The notes beneath the pieces were generated by a model that made no database searches, was not told the origin of the DNA, and saw only the letters and a program-made list of their open reading frames with translations. From positions 2,294,001 to 2,358,000 of the forward strand of contig JAWMAR010000352.1 of NCBI GenBank assembly GCA_036785375.1: a DNA stretch of 64,000 nucleotides, in the 5' to 3' direction. The stretch is from Leucoraja ocellata. Its lineage: Eukaryota. Positions 12,077-27,100 of this stretch are shown piece after piece. The stretch's first letter is position 1. Every line of letters starts with the position of its first letter. The position numbers were made by a program, and so were the translations under genes.

Positions 12077-15000
12077 GTACCATCAGCAGCAACTCAGAAG
12101 TGTTTACGGGGAGTGATGCACTGTTGGAGGGGTGGTGAGGAGGGAGTGATGCACTGTGGGAGGGGCGGTGAGGAGGGAGTGATGCACTGTGGGAGGGGCG
12201 GTGAGGAGGGAGACTCTACCACTACGCCACCATGCTGCTCTTCTACGCTCTGTTCACACCGGGTCCACAGCGCAGGATAAACGGTGTGGAAAGTCCAGTG
12301 AACTGACAGGGTGTTCATTGCTAAAGATTGTTCCTTCTCTCCTCAGCCGTGATGTCGGGAGAGTGGAGTGCGGACAATCCCAGAGCTGTGACAGCGCAGA
12401 ACGGTTTGTGTGCACGGATTCCGTGTCGCTACAGATACCCGTCGAAACTGAACAGTGAACCACGGACTGGAATCTGGTTTAACAGTGAGTCGCACAAAGA
12501 TCCTGTAGCCTTCCACTCCGGGAATCCCAGTCTAGCAGCAACAAGGTTTCAGCATCGGACCCGGCTGTCAGGAGACCTGAGAAACAAGGACTGTTCCCTG
12601 GTTATAGACAACGTCACGCCGCAAGATGCAGGTCCTTATAGTTTCAGAGTTGAATTCGATAAGCGAAATCGTTACAACTACCCCACTGTAACAAAGCTCA
12701 CTGTTAGTGGTAAGTGCTCTGTATAATTCACTATTTCACTCAACAGTTTCTCCCAGCTGTTATCAGGCAACTGAACCAACCTACCACAACCAGAGAGCAG
12801 TGTTGAACTACTGTGACCTCACTGGTGACCCATCGGACTATCCTTGATTGGACTTTGCTGGCTTTACCTTGCACTAAACGTTATTCCCTTATCATGTATC
12901 CATACACTGCAAATGGCTCGATTGCAATCATGTATAGTCTTTCTGCTGAGGCAGATAGTAGTTCAGGACCACTCCCTGGTTGTGGTAGGATGATTCAGTT
13001 GCCTGATAACAGCTGGGAAGAAACTGTCCCTGAATCTGGAGGTGTGTGTTTTCACACTTCTATACCTTGTAAAAACATCCTTGCTCGTGTGGGACTGGGA
13101 TTTCAATGTGAACCGATATATCCAGTGATATTTAACTAACAGTATTTGTTTCTCTGTGTGTTAGATTTCACGGATAAACCCACGATATTCCCAGCTGAAT
13201 TGGTGGCAGGAAAGCCTGTGGACATGACCTGCTCCTTCAGCACCACGTGTGATGGAACGAAACCCACCTTAACCTGGGTCACCCCCGCTGATGTACCACC
13301 GTCAGCCTCACACAGCGTAACTCAGCACGGTGACACTCTGACATATACTTCTGTTCTGTCCCTGACCCCAGCGCTCAAACATCACGGGCAAAACCTCACC
13401 TGCAGAGTCACATACCCAAATGTGTCATCGGAGCAGACCCTCACACTGAATGTGGAATGTAAGTACGGAGATCGTATATTGTGCAGGAACATCAATAATC
13501 TATTAGCAGCGCTGGTATATAAGGTCATAGACGATAGGTACAGAATTAGGCCATTCAGCCCATCAACTCTACTCTGCCACTCAATCATGGCTGATCAATC
13601 TCTCTCTCCTAACCCCTTTCTTCTGCCTTCTCCCCATATCCACTGGCACCTGTACTAATCAAATCAACACCAAAAGCTGGAGAAACTCAGCAGGACAGGC
13701 AGCATCTCTGGAGAGAAGGAATGGGTGACGTTTCAGATCGAGAACCTTCTTCAGACTGAAAGTCACGGGAAAGGGAAACGAGAGATATAGACGATGATGT
13801 AGTGAGATGTATGACCTACCTGATCTCCTGGTTGCTAAACACATTAATTCTCCTTCCCATTCCCACACTGAACTTTCTGTCCTCGGACACCACCATTGTC
13901 AGAGTGAGGTTAAATGCAAATTGGAGGATCAGCATCTCATATTTTGTTTGGGCAGTTTACAGCCCAGTGGTATGTATATTGATTTCTCTAACTTCAGGTA
14001 GCCCCGGCATTCCCTCTCTCTCCATCCCTCCCCCACCCAAGTCTCATCAGCTTCTCGTTCTCACACAACAAACTACAAACAACGGCCTATTCCCTTTATC
14101 ATCGTTAATCTTTTGCATATCTTTCATTCTTTGTTCTATATGTCTCTACACCATCGTCTATATCTATCATTTCCCTAAACATAGAACTAGTGTGTGAATG
14201 TGTGATCGATGGTTGGCGCGGACTGCGTGGGCTGAAGAGCTTATTTCCGCAGTGGATCTCTAAAGTCTGCAGACTAAAGTCTTTTACAAGGGACACCGAA
14301 AGTGCCGCAAAACTGGTTGCTGAATGTTATCTGTTTGCAGACGCCCCCCAGAATCTCTCAATCACTTCCCCCCGACAATGTGAACAATTCCTGGGTCAGT
14401 ATAAAGGAAGGAAACTCTGCAGCGATCCTCTGCTCCCTCCAGAGTTTCCCAGCGTCTAACCTGACGTGGAGACATCAGTGTCACGCCGAACACACAACGA
14501 GCTGTGGATAGACATAGACATAGACATAGAAAATAGGTGCACGAGGAGGCCATTCGGCCCTTCGAGCCAGCACCACCATTCATTGCGATCATGGCTGATC
14601 GTCCCCAATCAATAACCCGTGCCTGCCTTCTCCCCATATCCCTTAATTCCACTAGCCCCTAGAGGTCTATCTAACTCTCTCTTAAATCCATCCAGTAACT
14701 TGGCCTCCACTGCTCTATGTGGCAGGGAATTCCACAAATTCACAACTCTCTGGGTTAAAAAGTTTTTTCTCACCTCAGTCCTAAATGGTTTCCTCTTTAT
14801 TCTAAGACTGTGGCCCCTGGTTCTGGACTCGCCCAACATTGGGAACATTTTTTGTGCATCTACCTTGTCCAGACCTTTTATAATTTTACATGTTTCTATA
14901 AGATCTCCCCTCAACCTTCTAAACTTCAGTGAATACAAGCCTATTCTTTACAATTCCCTCAGCTGACAGGGAAGGATGCTGGGGTCTATCAGTGTGTGGC

Positions 15001-15124
15001 GGAGAATGAACATGGGACAGCAGAGAGGGATGTGACCCTCACTGTAGAATGTGTGTAGATACACACTGTCATGTCTATGTAAAGGCAGATGGTTTATTGG
15101 CCCATGAGAGATGCTGGAATTCAC

Positions 15125-15196
<72 letters not shown>

Positions 15197-18100
15197 ACAC
15201 ACGCACTCAAACACACACACATTCTCTCACAAACAATCGCCACACACACGCTTTATCTCTCTCTCTCTTTCTCTCTCTCACACACGAACTCACTCACTCA
15301 AACACAAACAGACACACACACATCCTCAAGATCTTGGAGAAAACCCACGCAGGTCATGGGGAGAATGTGCAAAGTCCGTAGAGAAAGGCCTCGTCAGGAT
15401 TGAACCCGAGTCTCTGGCGCTGTGAGTCAGGAGCTCTACTCACTGCGCCACCGTGCCGCCGACATCTACAGCCTTTTGTGCTCCCCACCTGTATGTAGCC
15501 TGTCTCACGTCTGCCTGACATTGTTGGATTATATTGGTCTTTCCACCCAGAAACCTTCAATGCCTCCCTCTATGTATCGTCACTCCTCACGTTGCTTAAA
15601 CACAAAGTAGTGGAGCAAATCAGTGGGTCAGGCAGTGTCTTTAGAGTCATAGAGTCTTACAGCATGGTAACAGGCCCTTTGGCCCAACTTGCCCACACCG
15701 GCCAATGAGCCCCATCTATACTCATCCCACCTGCCCTACTTCGGCCCATATCCCTCCAAACATGTCCTATCCATGTTACCTATCCAACTGTTTTTTTAAA
15801 CGTTGCAATGGTCCCAGCTCGTTCCTTATAAAAGGACTGGACAAGCTAGATGCAGGAAAAATGTTCCCAATGTTGGGCGAGTCCAGAACCAGGGGCCACA
15901 GTCTTAGAATAAAGGGGAAGCCATTTAAGACTGAGGTGAGAAACATCTTTTTCACCCAGAGAGTTGTGAATTTGTGGAATTCCCTGCCACAGAGGGCAGT
16001 GGAGGCCAAATCACCAGATGGATTTAAGAAACAGTTAGATAGAGTTCCAGGGGCTAGTGGAATCAAGGGATATGGGAAGAAGGCAGGCACGGGTTATTGA
16101 TTGGGGACGATCAGCCATGATCACAATGATTGGCGGTGCTGGTTCGAAGGGCCGAATGGCCTCCTCCTGCACCTATTTTCTATGTTTCAATGTTGCATAC
16201 ACTCACCACACTCTGCATGAAAACAAAGTTACCCCTCAGGATCTATTAAAGATAACTCAGCGAGCCTGTCTTGCTGAGTTATTCCAGTTTTTTGTGTCTA
16301 CACGATAACAATACTGTCATCCACTGTGTACACATACTAGATAAGGCAATAACGTTTAGTGCAAGAAAAAAACAGTAAAGACCGATCAAAGATTAATTCG
16401 GGACTGCTCTCTGGTTGATGTAGGATGGTTCAGTTGCCGGATAACAGCTGGGAAGAAACTGTCCTTGAATCTGAAGCTATGCATTTTCACACTTCTGTAC
16501 TTCTTGACCGATGGGAGAGGGGAGGAGAGGAAGTGGCTGGGGATCGACTCGTCCTTGATTATGCTACTGGCCTTTCCAAAGCAGTGTGAGGTGTAGATAG
16601 AGTCAACCGGCCAACATGCCCCATCTACACTAGTCCCACATGCCTCCGTTTGGCCATGTCCCTCCAAACCTGTCCTATCCATGTACCTGTACAACTGTTT
16701 CTTAAACAGTGGGATGGTCCAAGCCACAACTACCTCCCCCGGAAGCTCATTCCATACACCCACCACCCTTTATGTGGAAAAAAGTTAACCCTCAGGTTCC
16801 ATGAAATCTTCTCCCCTCTCATCTTAAATCTATGTCCTCTGATCCTCGATTCCTCTACTCTGGGCAAGAGACTGTGCATCTACCTGATCAATTTTTCCAA
16901 ATGATTTTGCACACCTCTATAAGATCACTCCTCATCCTCCTGCACTCCAAGGAGTCCCAGCCTGCCCCAACCGCCCAGTAGCTCAGGCCTTCAATCCTGG
17001 AGGACAAGGGTAGCTGACGTTTCAGGTGAGTTAGGTCTTTTATTCACTGTTGTCCTCTTGAGTTTCATAGCCTGTATAAATCATTATCACCTACCCCAGA
17101 GCCAACAATGGACCATTGTGGGCTCGATGTTTTACCTGATCATCGTTACTATTGCTTATCTTTCATTTATTTGTGCCGTTTATATCACTCGTTTCCAACT
17201 ACCCGACTCTCAGTCCGAAAACGGGCCTGTCAGATTTTCACTGACTGTAACTGCAGGAAAAATGTTCCCAATGTTGGGGGAGTCCAGAACCAGGGGTCAC
17301 AGTTTAAGAATAAGAGGTAGGCCATCTAGGATTGAGATGAGGACAAACTTTCTTCAGCCAGAGAGTTGCGAATCTATGGAATTCTCTGCCACAGAAGGCA
17401 GTCGAGGCCAATTCACTGGATGTTTTCAAGTGAGAGTTACATTTAGCTCTTGGGGCTAGCGAAATCAAGGGATTTGGGGAAAAAACAGGAAAGGGGTACT
17501 GATTTTAGATGAACAGCCATGATCATATTGAGTGGCACTGCTGGCTTGAAGGTCCGAATGGCCTATTCCTGCACCTATTTTCTATGTTTCTATGTAACCA
17601 TATAACAATTACAGCACGGAAACAGGCCATCTCGGCCCTACAAGTGGCGACTCACCCGTTGCAGCGGCCCCTACAGCCTGTCTGTCTTTTTTTTATTTTT
17701 TGTCTAGTTAAATGTAGTGTTTGGTGTTTTTTAATAGTGTTTTTAAATGTGTACATGTGGGGGGCGGGGGGGGGAGGGGGAAACTGTTTAAATCTCTTTC
17801 CTGTCCGGGAGACCCGACCTTTTCCCTGTCGGGTCTCGGTTGTCGTTGGGGCCTAGCACCGTGGAGCGGCCTCCAACCTGAATGACCCGGGGGCTCGGGA
17901 GACTGCTGAGCTGCGGACCACTCACCTGCTGGCCGGCCTCGGAGCGTGGGGAGCGGTGGTGACTCGCTGCTGCAACGCGACTCCTGGGGCTCGGAGGTTC
18001 CAGCAACGCAGCCGCAGGTCCGGTGAACTGGGACATCGGGAGCTCGCGGGTCCGGGGGGAGAGACCACTTCCCGGAGCTCCCGCAACGCGACTTCTCCAG

Positions 18101-21100
18101 CCCGTGTCGCGGGGTTGGAACGACCCGGACCGGGACCGTACATCACCTGGCACGGCTTCATGGCCGTGGGACTCACCAATGCCCGTGGGGGTTCCAACCT
18201 TGTACTTTCAGACCGGGAGCGGGGCCGTAAATCGCCCCGCGCGGCCTAAAATGGCCGTGGGACTTATCATCACCCGCCTGGGGGCTTGGACATCGGGAGA
18301 GAAATTGAGAGCAGGGGAGAGAAAAGACTTTGCCTTTCATCACACTGGGTTCACTGTGATGGATGTTTGTGTGAATTTAATTGTGTGTATGTCTGTAGGA
18401 CATGGTCTTTGTTTGTATGGCTGTGGAAACAACATTTCGTTTGAGTCTCACTGGGGCTCAAATGACAATAAATTTGTATTGTATTGTAAGTCCATGCCGA
18501 ACAAATTTTTTTCCCCTTAGTCCCACCTGCCTGCACTCGTACCATAACCCTCCATTCCCTTCTCATCCATATGCCTATCCAATTTATTTTTAAATGATAC
18601 CAATGAACCTGCCTCCACCACTTCCACTGGGAGCTAATTCCACACCGCCACCACTCTCTGCATAAAGAAGTTCCCCCTCATATTACCCCTAAACTTCTGT
18701 CCCTTAATTCTGAAGTCATGTCCTCTTGTTTGAATCTTCCCTATTCTCAAAGGGAAAAGCTTGTCCACATCAACTCTGTCCATCCCTCTCATCATTTTAA
18801 AGACCTCTATCAGGTCCCCCCTTAACCTTCTGCGCTCCAGAGAATAAAGACCTAACTTATTCAACCTATCTCTGTAACTTAGTTGTTGAAACCCAGGCAA
18901 CATTCTAGTAAATCTCCTCTGTACTCTCTCTATTTTGTTGACATCCTTCCTATAATTGGGCGACCAAAATTGTACACCATACTCCAGATTTGGTCTCACC
19001 AATGCCTTGTACAATTTTAACATTACATCCCAGCTTCTATACCCAATGCTCTGATTTATAGGCCAGCATACCAAAAGCTTTCTTTACCACCCTATCTATA
19101 TGAGATTCCACCTTCAAGGAACTATGCACGGTTATACCCAGATCCCTCTGTTCAACTGTATTCTTCAATTCCCTACCATTTACCATGTAACTTGGTCATG
19201 CTTGAATAAATAGCAATACAACTCGATCACTTGATTTTAAAGCATTCATGCATGGTGGAGGTATACTGTAGTCATAGAGTGATACAGTGTGAAAATAGGC
19301 CCTTCGACCCAATTTGCCCACACCCGCCATCATGTCCCAGCTACACTACCTGCTTTTGGTCAATATCCCTCCAAACCTGTCCTATCCATGTATCAGTCTA
19401 ACTGTTTCTTCAAAGTTGAGATAGTCCCTGCCTCAACTACCTCCTCTGGCAGCTTGTTCCATACACCCACCACCCTTTGTGGTGAAAAAGTTACCCCTCA
19501 GATTCATATGAAATTTCATCCCTTTCACCTTAATTCTGTCCTCTGGTCCTTGATTCACCTACTCTGGGCAAGAGGGTGCATTGAAACGTATATTTCTAAT
19601 GCATTTTAGATTTCTCAAAACTCTTTCTTTTAAAAAAAGTGATGTTCCCACAAACATATACCCCCTTTATTATTGTCATTGTTTAATGATTCTAAATGAT
19701 AAGGGATATGTCCCACCACTATTTGAGGTGGGGGTGGCCTGTATTATTATCGTCTAGTTTTTTGGAGTTCTAGCAATAACAAAAATAATAATCACCTGCT
19801 CCTATCTCTGATGTGGGCCCTATAATATCTTAAAAATACTTAAAACAAAAAACATTGAAATCATACTTCTACAAGGCACTAAAACATGATTTTAACGCAC
19901 CAAATTTCAAAAGGTCCCAACCGTGGGAGCACCTTCCTCCCACACAGTCTCTCAACTCCCTCGCCGATTAACCGCAAGGCCGGTGATCAGTGATCGCTCA
20001 GCCCCCCCACTTTCAAAAACGCTCCGTAGCCCCTGATAGAAACATAGAAAATAGGTGCAGGAGTACGCCATTCGGCCCTTCGAGCCTGCACCACCATTCA
20101 ATATGATCATGGCTGATCATCCAACTCAGTATCCCGTACCTGACCTCTCCATACCCCCTGATCCCCTTAGCCACAAGGGCCACATCTATGTACCTCTTAA
20201 ATATAGCCAATGAACTGGCCTCAACTACTTTCTGTGGCAGAGAATTCCACAGATTCACCACTCTCTGTGTGAAAAATGTTTTTCTCATCTCAGTCCTAAA
20301 ATACTTCCCCCTTATCCTTAAACTGGGAACCCTTGTTCTGGACTTCCCCAACATCGGGAACAATCTTCATGCACCTAGCCTGTCCAACCTCTTAAGAATT
20401 TTGTAAGTTTCAATAAGAACCCCCCTCAATCTTCTAAACTCCAGTGAGTACAAGCCGAGTCTATTCAGTCTTTCTTCATATGAAAGTCCTGCCATCCCAG
20501 GAATCAGTCTGGTGAACCTTCTCTGTACTCACTCTATGGCAAGAATGTTTTTCCTCATATTAGGAGACCAAAACTGTACGCAACACTCCAGGTGCGGTTT
20601 CACCAAGAGCCTGTCCAACTGCAGTAGAACCTCCCTGCTCCTATACTTAAATCCTTTTGCTATGAATGCCAACGTACCATTCGCTTTCTTCACTGCCTGC
20701 TGCACCTGGATGCCTACTTTCAATGACTGGTGTACCATGACATCGAGGTCTCGTTGCATCTCCCCTTTCCCTAATCGGCCACCATTCAGATAATAATCTA
20801 CTTTCCTGATTTTGCCACCAAAGGGGAGAACCTCACATTTATCCACATTATACTGCATCTGCCGTGCATTTGCCCACACACCCAACCTATCCAAGTCACC
20901 TTGCAGCCTCCTAGCATCCTCCTCTCAGCTAACACTGCCCCCCAGCTTCATGTCATCCACAAACTTGGATATGTTGCATTCAATTCCCTAGTCCAAATCA
21001 TTAATATATATTGTAAATAGCTGGGGTCCCAGCACTGAGCCTTGCGGTACCCCACTAGTCACTGCCTGCCATTCTGAAAAGGACCCATTTATTCGTACTC

Positions 21101-24100
21101 TTTGCTTCCTGTTTGCCAGCCAGTTCTCTATCCACATCAATACTGAACCTCCAATACCATGTGCTTTAAGTTTGCATACTAATCTCTTATGTGGGACCTT
21201 GTCGAAAGCCTTCTGGAAGTCCAGATACACCACATCCACTGGTTCTCCCTTATCCACTCTACTAGTTACATACTCGAAAAATTCTATAAGATTCGTCAGA
21301 CATGATTTACTTTTCATAAATCCATGCAGACTTTGTCCAATGATTTCACCACTTTCCAAATGTGCTGCTATTCCATCTTTAATAACTGACTAGCAGTTTC
21401 CCCACTACCGATGTTAGACTAACTGGTCTGTAATTCCCCGTTTTCTCTCTCCCTCCCTTTTTACATTAACTACCCTCCAATCCTCAGGATCTTCTCCAGA
21501 ATCTAAAGAGTTTTGAAAAATTATCACTAATGCATCCACTATTTCTGTGGCTACTCCCTTAAGTACTCTGGGATGCAGCCGATCTGGCCCTGGGGATTTA
21601 TCGGCCTTTCATCCATTCAATTTACCTAACACCACTTCCCGGCTAACCTGGATTTCACTCAGTTCCATCTCATTTGACCACTGGGCCCCTGCTATTTCCG
21701 GCAGATTATTTACTTCTTCCTCAATGAAGACAGAACCAAAGTAGTTATTCAATTGGTCTGCCATGTTCTTGTTCCCCATGATCAAATCACCTGTTTCTGA
21801 CTGCAAGGTACCTACATTTGCTTTGACTAATCTTTTTCTCTTCACATATCTATACAAACTTATGCAGTCAGTTGTTATGTTCCCTGCCAGTTTTCTTTCA
21901 TAATCTATTTTTCCTTTCCTAAATAAGCCCTTTGTCCTCCTCTGCTGGACTCTGAATTTCTCCTAATCCTCTGGTAGGCTGCTTTTTCTGGCTAATTTGT
22001 ATGCTTCATCTTTTGTTTTGATACTATCCCTGATTTGCCTTGTTATCCACGAATGTACTAACTTCCCTGATTTATTCTTTTGCCAAACTGGGAAGAACAA
22101 TTTTTGTAGTTCATCCATGCAGTCTTTAAATGCCTTCCATTAGCTATCCACCGTCAACCCTTTAAGAATTAATTGCCAATCTATCTTGGCCAATTCACGT
22201 CTCATACCCTCAAAGTTACCTTTCTTTAAGTTCAGAAACCTTGTTTCTGAACTAATTACATCACTCTCCATCCTAATGAAGAACTCAACCATATTATGGT
22301 CAATCTTGCCCTAGGGGCCACGCACAACAAGACTGTTAACTAAAGTGCCAGTCCCACGAGCATGCGACTGCATGCAGCGAGCGCGACCAAACCGGAAGCG
22401 GGGGCCGCGCGGAGGTTGAATGATCCCCGTACAGGGCCTGTCCCACCAGCATGCAACTGCATGCAGCGAGTGCGACCAAACCGGAAGCGGGTGCCGCGCG
22501 TAGTTCGAGTGATCCCGTACGAGTTGAGGTGAAGTTTGAGCAAAGTCCGCGGGATGGTCACGCTAGGCGTACGCTGTCAAGATGCTGCGTAGGGCATCGA
22601 GACCCTGCACATGCCCGTTGAAGTAGTGCGTACGGCCTCAATGGGGCTGCGGGCCGGCAGGCCGTTGCCGCGCGGAATTTTTGAACTGTGAGTTTTTCGG
22701 AGCCCCGTGCGATGTTGGGACCTGCTCCGCACATCTCTATACGGCTCCGGCGATCGAAGTGGGACTGGCCCCGCGAGGCCGTACGGCTCAAGCGACCACG
22801 TTAGTTCGAGCTTGCCGCATGCAGTCGCATGCTCGTGGGACAGGCCCTTAACCCTTCATCATTACTCAATACCCAGTCTAGAATAGTCTGCTCTCTCATT
22901 GGTTCCTCTACATGGTCGTTTAGAAAACTATCCCGCATACATTCCAAGAAATCCTCTTCCTCAGCACCCTGCCAATTTGATTCACCCAATCTATATGTAG
23001 ATTGAAGTCACCCATTATAACTGTTTTAACTTTGTTGCACGCATTTCTAATTTCCTGTTTGATGCCATCTCCAACTCCACTACTACTGTTGGGTGGCCTG
23101 TACACAACTCCCACTAGCGTTTTCTGCCCCTTAGTGTTTCACAGCTCTACCCATATCGATTCCACATCCTCCAAGCTAATGTCCTTCCTTTCTATTGTGT
23201 CAATCTCATCGCTAACCAGCAATGCTACCCCACCTCCTTCTCGTTTCTGTCTATCCCTCCTGAATATTGAACATCCCTGGATGATCAGCTCCCGGCCTTG
23301 GTCACCCTGGAGCCTTGTCCAACTATATCATATTCATTAATAACTATCTGCACATTCAACTCATCCACCTTATTAAGAATGCTCCTTGCATTGAGACATA
23401 AAGCCCGAAACTATGTTTCTATGTTTCTATGTTTCTATGAAACGTTGCCTATTTCCTTCGCTCCATAGATGCTGCTGCACTCGCTGAGTTTCTCCAGCAT
23501 TTTTGTATACCTGAGACATAAAGCCTTACGGCTTGTTTTTACAACACTCTTACCCCTCATACAATGATGTTGAAAAGTGGCCCTTTTTGATTTTTGCCCT
23601 GGATTTGTCTGCCTGCCACTTTTACTTTTCACCTTGCTAACTATTGCTTCTACCCTAGTTTTACCCCCCTCTGTCTCTCTGCTCACACATTTAAGAAATC
23701 CACCAGCTCTTATTCTCTGTTTATTATATTTTTCTTCTTTCTCCCCTACATGTTGGGTCTGAGTGCTTCCCTTCTCTGCCTCCTGCCTCACACACTGTCT
23801 ACTAGCTTTCTCTATTTGAGTCCCTCCCCCCAACCGTTCTAGTTTAAAGTCTTCCCAGTAGCCTTTGCAAAATCAACCCGCCAGGATATTGGTCCCCCTC
23901 GGGTTCAAGTGCAACCCGTCCTTTCCAAAAGAGGTCCCAATGATCCAGAAACTTGAATCCCTGCTCTCTGCACCAGTCCTTCAGCCACGCATTTATCCTC
24001 CACTTCACTCCATTCCTACTCTCACTGTCGCACAGGCAGTAATCCTGAGATTGTAACCTATGCGGTCCTTCTCCTTAACTCTCCTCCAAACTCCCTAAAT

Positions 24101-27100
24101 TCTCCTTTCAGGACCTCTTCTCTTTTTCTACCTATGTCAATGGTACCTATATGTACCACAAACTCAGGCTCCTCTCCCTCCCATTTCAGGATATCTTGGT
24201 CATGTTCAGACACATCCCAGACGCTGGCACCAGGGAGGCAAACTACCATCCGGGTCTCCTGACTGCGTCCACAGAATCGCCTGTCTGGCCCTCTAACTAA
24301 AGAGTCCCCTATTACTAATGCCCTCCTTTTCTTTTCCCTACCCTTCTGTGCAACAGGGCCGGTCTCTGTACCGGAGGCCTGGCCACTGTCACTACCCCCA
24401 CGTAGGCTGTGCCCCCCAACAGTGCGCAAACAGGAGTACTTATTGCCAAGGTGTACAGGCACCGGGGTACCCTCTAGTCCCCGCCTCTGCCCCTTGCCCC
24501 TCCTAACCATGACCCACTTGTCTGCCTCCTGTGGTCTTGGAGTCACCACCGCTCTGTAACTCCTCTCTATGACGTTCTCACTCTCCCTGACCAGACAGAG
24601 GTCATCGAGCTGCTGCTCCAGGTTCCTAATACGGTCCCTTAGGAGCCCCATCTCGACACACCCGGCACAGATGTGGATGTCTGGAGGGCTATCAGACTCC
24701 ATGACCTCCCACATCTAACATCCAGAACAGTAAACTGCCCTGGCCCTCATTCTCCCCCTTACCCAGGATACAATAGAAAGTGCAGGAAGAAATCAGCAGG
24801 GATCTGACTCCAAATCAGCTGCTTTCTCTAGTCCGCTTCCACCAATCAGCAGCTTCCTCAAGCCCACTTGTTTTGAAATGCCAATGGAACGTTACAGATT
24901 TGGGTTCCTCCCGCTCCAACCGCCTCTGTAAGAACAAAGCCCCGTGCTCGGGTTTTAAGCCTACCGCTCGGACGTTGCTCCTCCCACACCAACGGTTCCT
25001 GGTCCTCTATCTGCTGACTGCCTGCTGACTAAAGACATTCTTCCTCATTTCCTTTCTAAAAGAGTGCCCTTTAATTCTGAGGCTATGCCCACTGGTCCCA
25101 CCAGTGGAGCCATCCTCTCCACATCCACTCTATCTATGCCTTTCATTATTCTGTAAGTTTCCATGTCCCCATCTCAACCTTCTGATCTCCAGTGAGTAGA
25201 GGCTCAGTGTTGTCAAGCACTCATCATATGCTAACCCACTCATTCCTGGAATCATTCTTGTAAACCTCCAATGGACCCTCTCCAGAGCCAGCACATCCTT
25301 CCTCAGATAGAAAAGCTTCTATAACAACACAATCACACTGCTGAACTCGGAGTCCCGACGATAGATTTCTCTGGTCCCTCCGTCCCCTTTGTTTAATCAT
25401 TCTGTATTTCCTGATTATTCTGTATCTTCCCTCTTTCTATTTTTTTTGTTTTTTCTTTATGTACAACTACTACGGACTGACGCAAAACTGCATTTCGTTG
25501 TACTGATACTTGTATTTGTGCAATGACATTTAAGTTGAATTGTATTGAATTGAATTGAATATGGGGCCCAAATCTGCTCGCAACATACCAAATACGGCCT
25601 GACCAGCGCCTTATAGAGCCTCAGCAGTACATCCCTGTTTTTTGTATTCCAGACCTCTTGATATAAATGCTAGCATTGACTTTGCATTCTTTTCTACCGT
25701 TTCGGCTTGCAAATTAACTTTTTGCAAGTCCTGTACCAGCATTGCCAAGTCCCTTTGCACCTCCGATTTCTGGATTCTCTCTCCATTTAGAAAATACTCT
25801 ACACCTTTACTCTTATTATCAAAATGCATGACTTCACACTTTGCAATACTGAATTTCATCTGCTACTTCTTTGCCCTCTACTAACCTATCCAAGTCCTTC
25901 TGCAGACTCCTTGCTTTCTCTACGCTACCTACCTTAGCATCATCTGCAAACTTGGCCACAAAGCCTTCAATCCCCTTATCCAAATCATTAATATACAACG
26001 TTATGAGAAGCGGCCCCAGCACCGACCCTTGTGGACTCCACTGGTCACTGGCAGCCAACATGATAAAGCTCTTTTTATTGCAACTCTTTGCCTTCTGCCA
26101 TCCAGCCAATCCGCTATCCATGCTATTATCTTCTCTTTAATACCATGGGTTCTCATCTTCCCCAGCAGCCTGACGTACGGCACCTTATTGAAGACTTTCT
26201 GAAAATTTAGGTAATGAAACATAGAAAACAGGTGCAGGAGTAGGCCATTCTGCCCTTCCAAACAGCACCGCCATTCAAAATGATCATGGCTGATCATCCA
26301 AAATTAGTACCCCTTTCCTGCTTTCTCCCGATATCCCTTGATTCCATTCGCCCTAAGAGCTAATTCTAACTCTCTCTTGAAAACATCCAGTGAATTGGCC
26401 TCCACTGCCTTCTGTGACAGAGATTTCCACAAATTCACAACTCTCTGGATGAAAAGGATTTTCCTCAACTCAGTCCTAAATGGCCTACCCCTTATTCTTA
26501 AACTGTGGCCCCTGGTTCTGGACTTCCCCAACATCGGGAACATTTTTCCTGCATCTAGGCTGTCCAATCCCTTCAGAAATGTTCTATGTTTCTTTAAGAG
26601 AACCTCTCATCCTTCTAAAGTTCAGTGAATACAAGCCCAGTCAAACCATTATTTCCTTATATGTCAGTCCTACAATCCCAGGAATTAACCTGCTGAACCC
26701 ACGTTGCACTCCCTCAATAGCAAGAATGTCTTTCCTCAAATTAGGTGACCAAAACTGCACACAATACTCCAGGTGTGTTCTCACGAGGGACCTGTACAAC
26801 TGCAGAAGGCCCACCTTGCTCCTTTTCACAAATCCTCTCGCTATGAAGGCCTACATGCCATTTGCTTTCTTCACTGCTTTCTTTCATCCACACCCACACT
26901 TCTGTCTGTCCTGGTATTAACTTCCTCAAAGAACATCAGCAGATTTGTCAGGCAAGATCTTCCCTTCACAAAACCATGCTGACTTCGGTCCATTTTGTCG
27001 TGAACTTTTAAGTACTGCGTAACCTCTTCCTTTACAATTGAATCTAAAATCTTACCAACCACGGAAGTCAGGCTAACCAGCCTATAGTTGCCGTTTTCTG

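Larger units (their letters stand above)
20036..25030 (-). mobile_element. near full-length decayed CR1 LINE
   Basis: ORF1 24058-24714 (Cys/leucine-zipper region plus [12 protein letters not shown] esterase); endonuclease GVVYRPPN...MGDFN (22920-23114); [15 protein letters not shown] and [11 protein letters not shown] (20988-21359); 3' tail. Confidence 0.92.

Noticed and set aside
12109-12210. CRISPR-like repeat array
   Set aside because: Head-to-tail minisatellite without spacers, in vertebrate DNA
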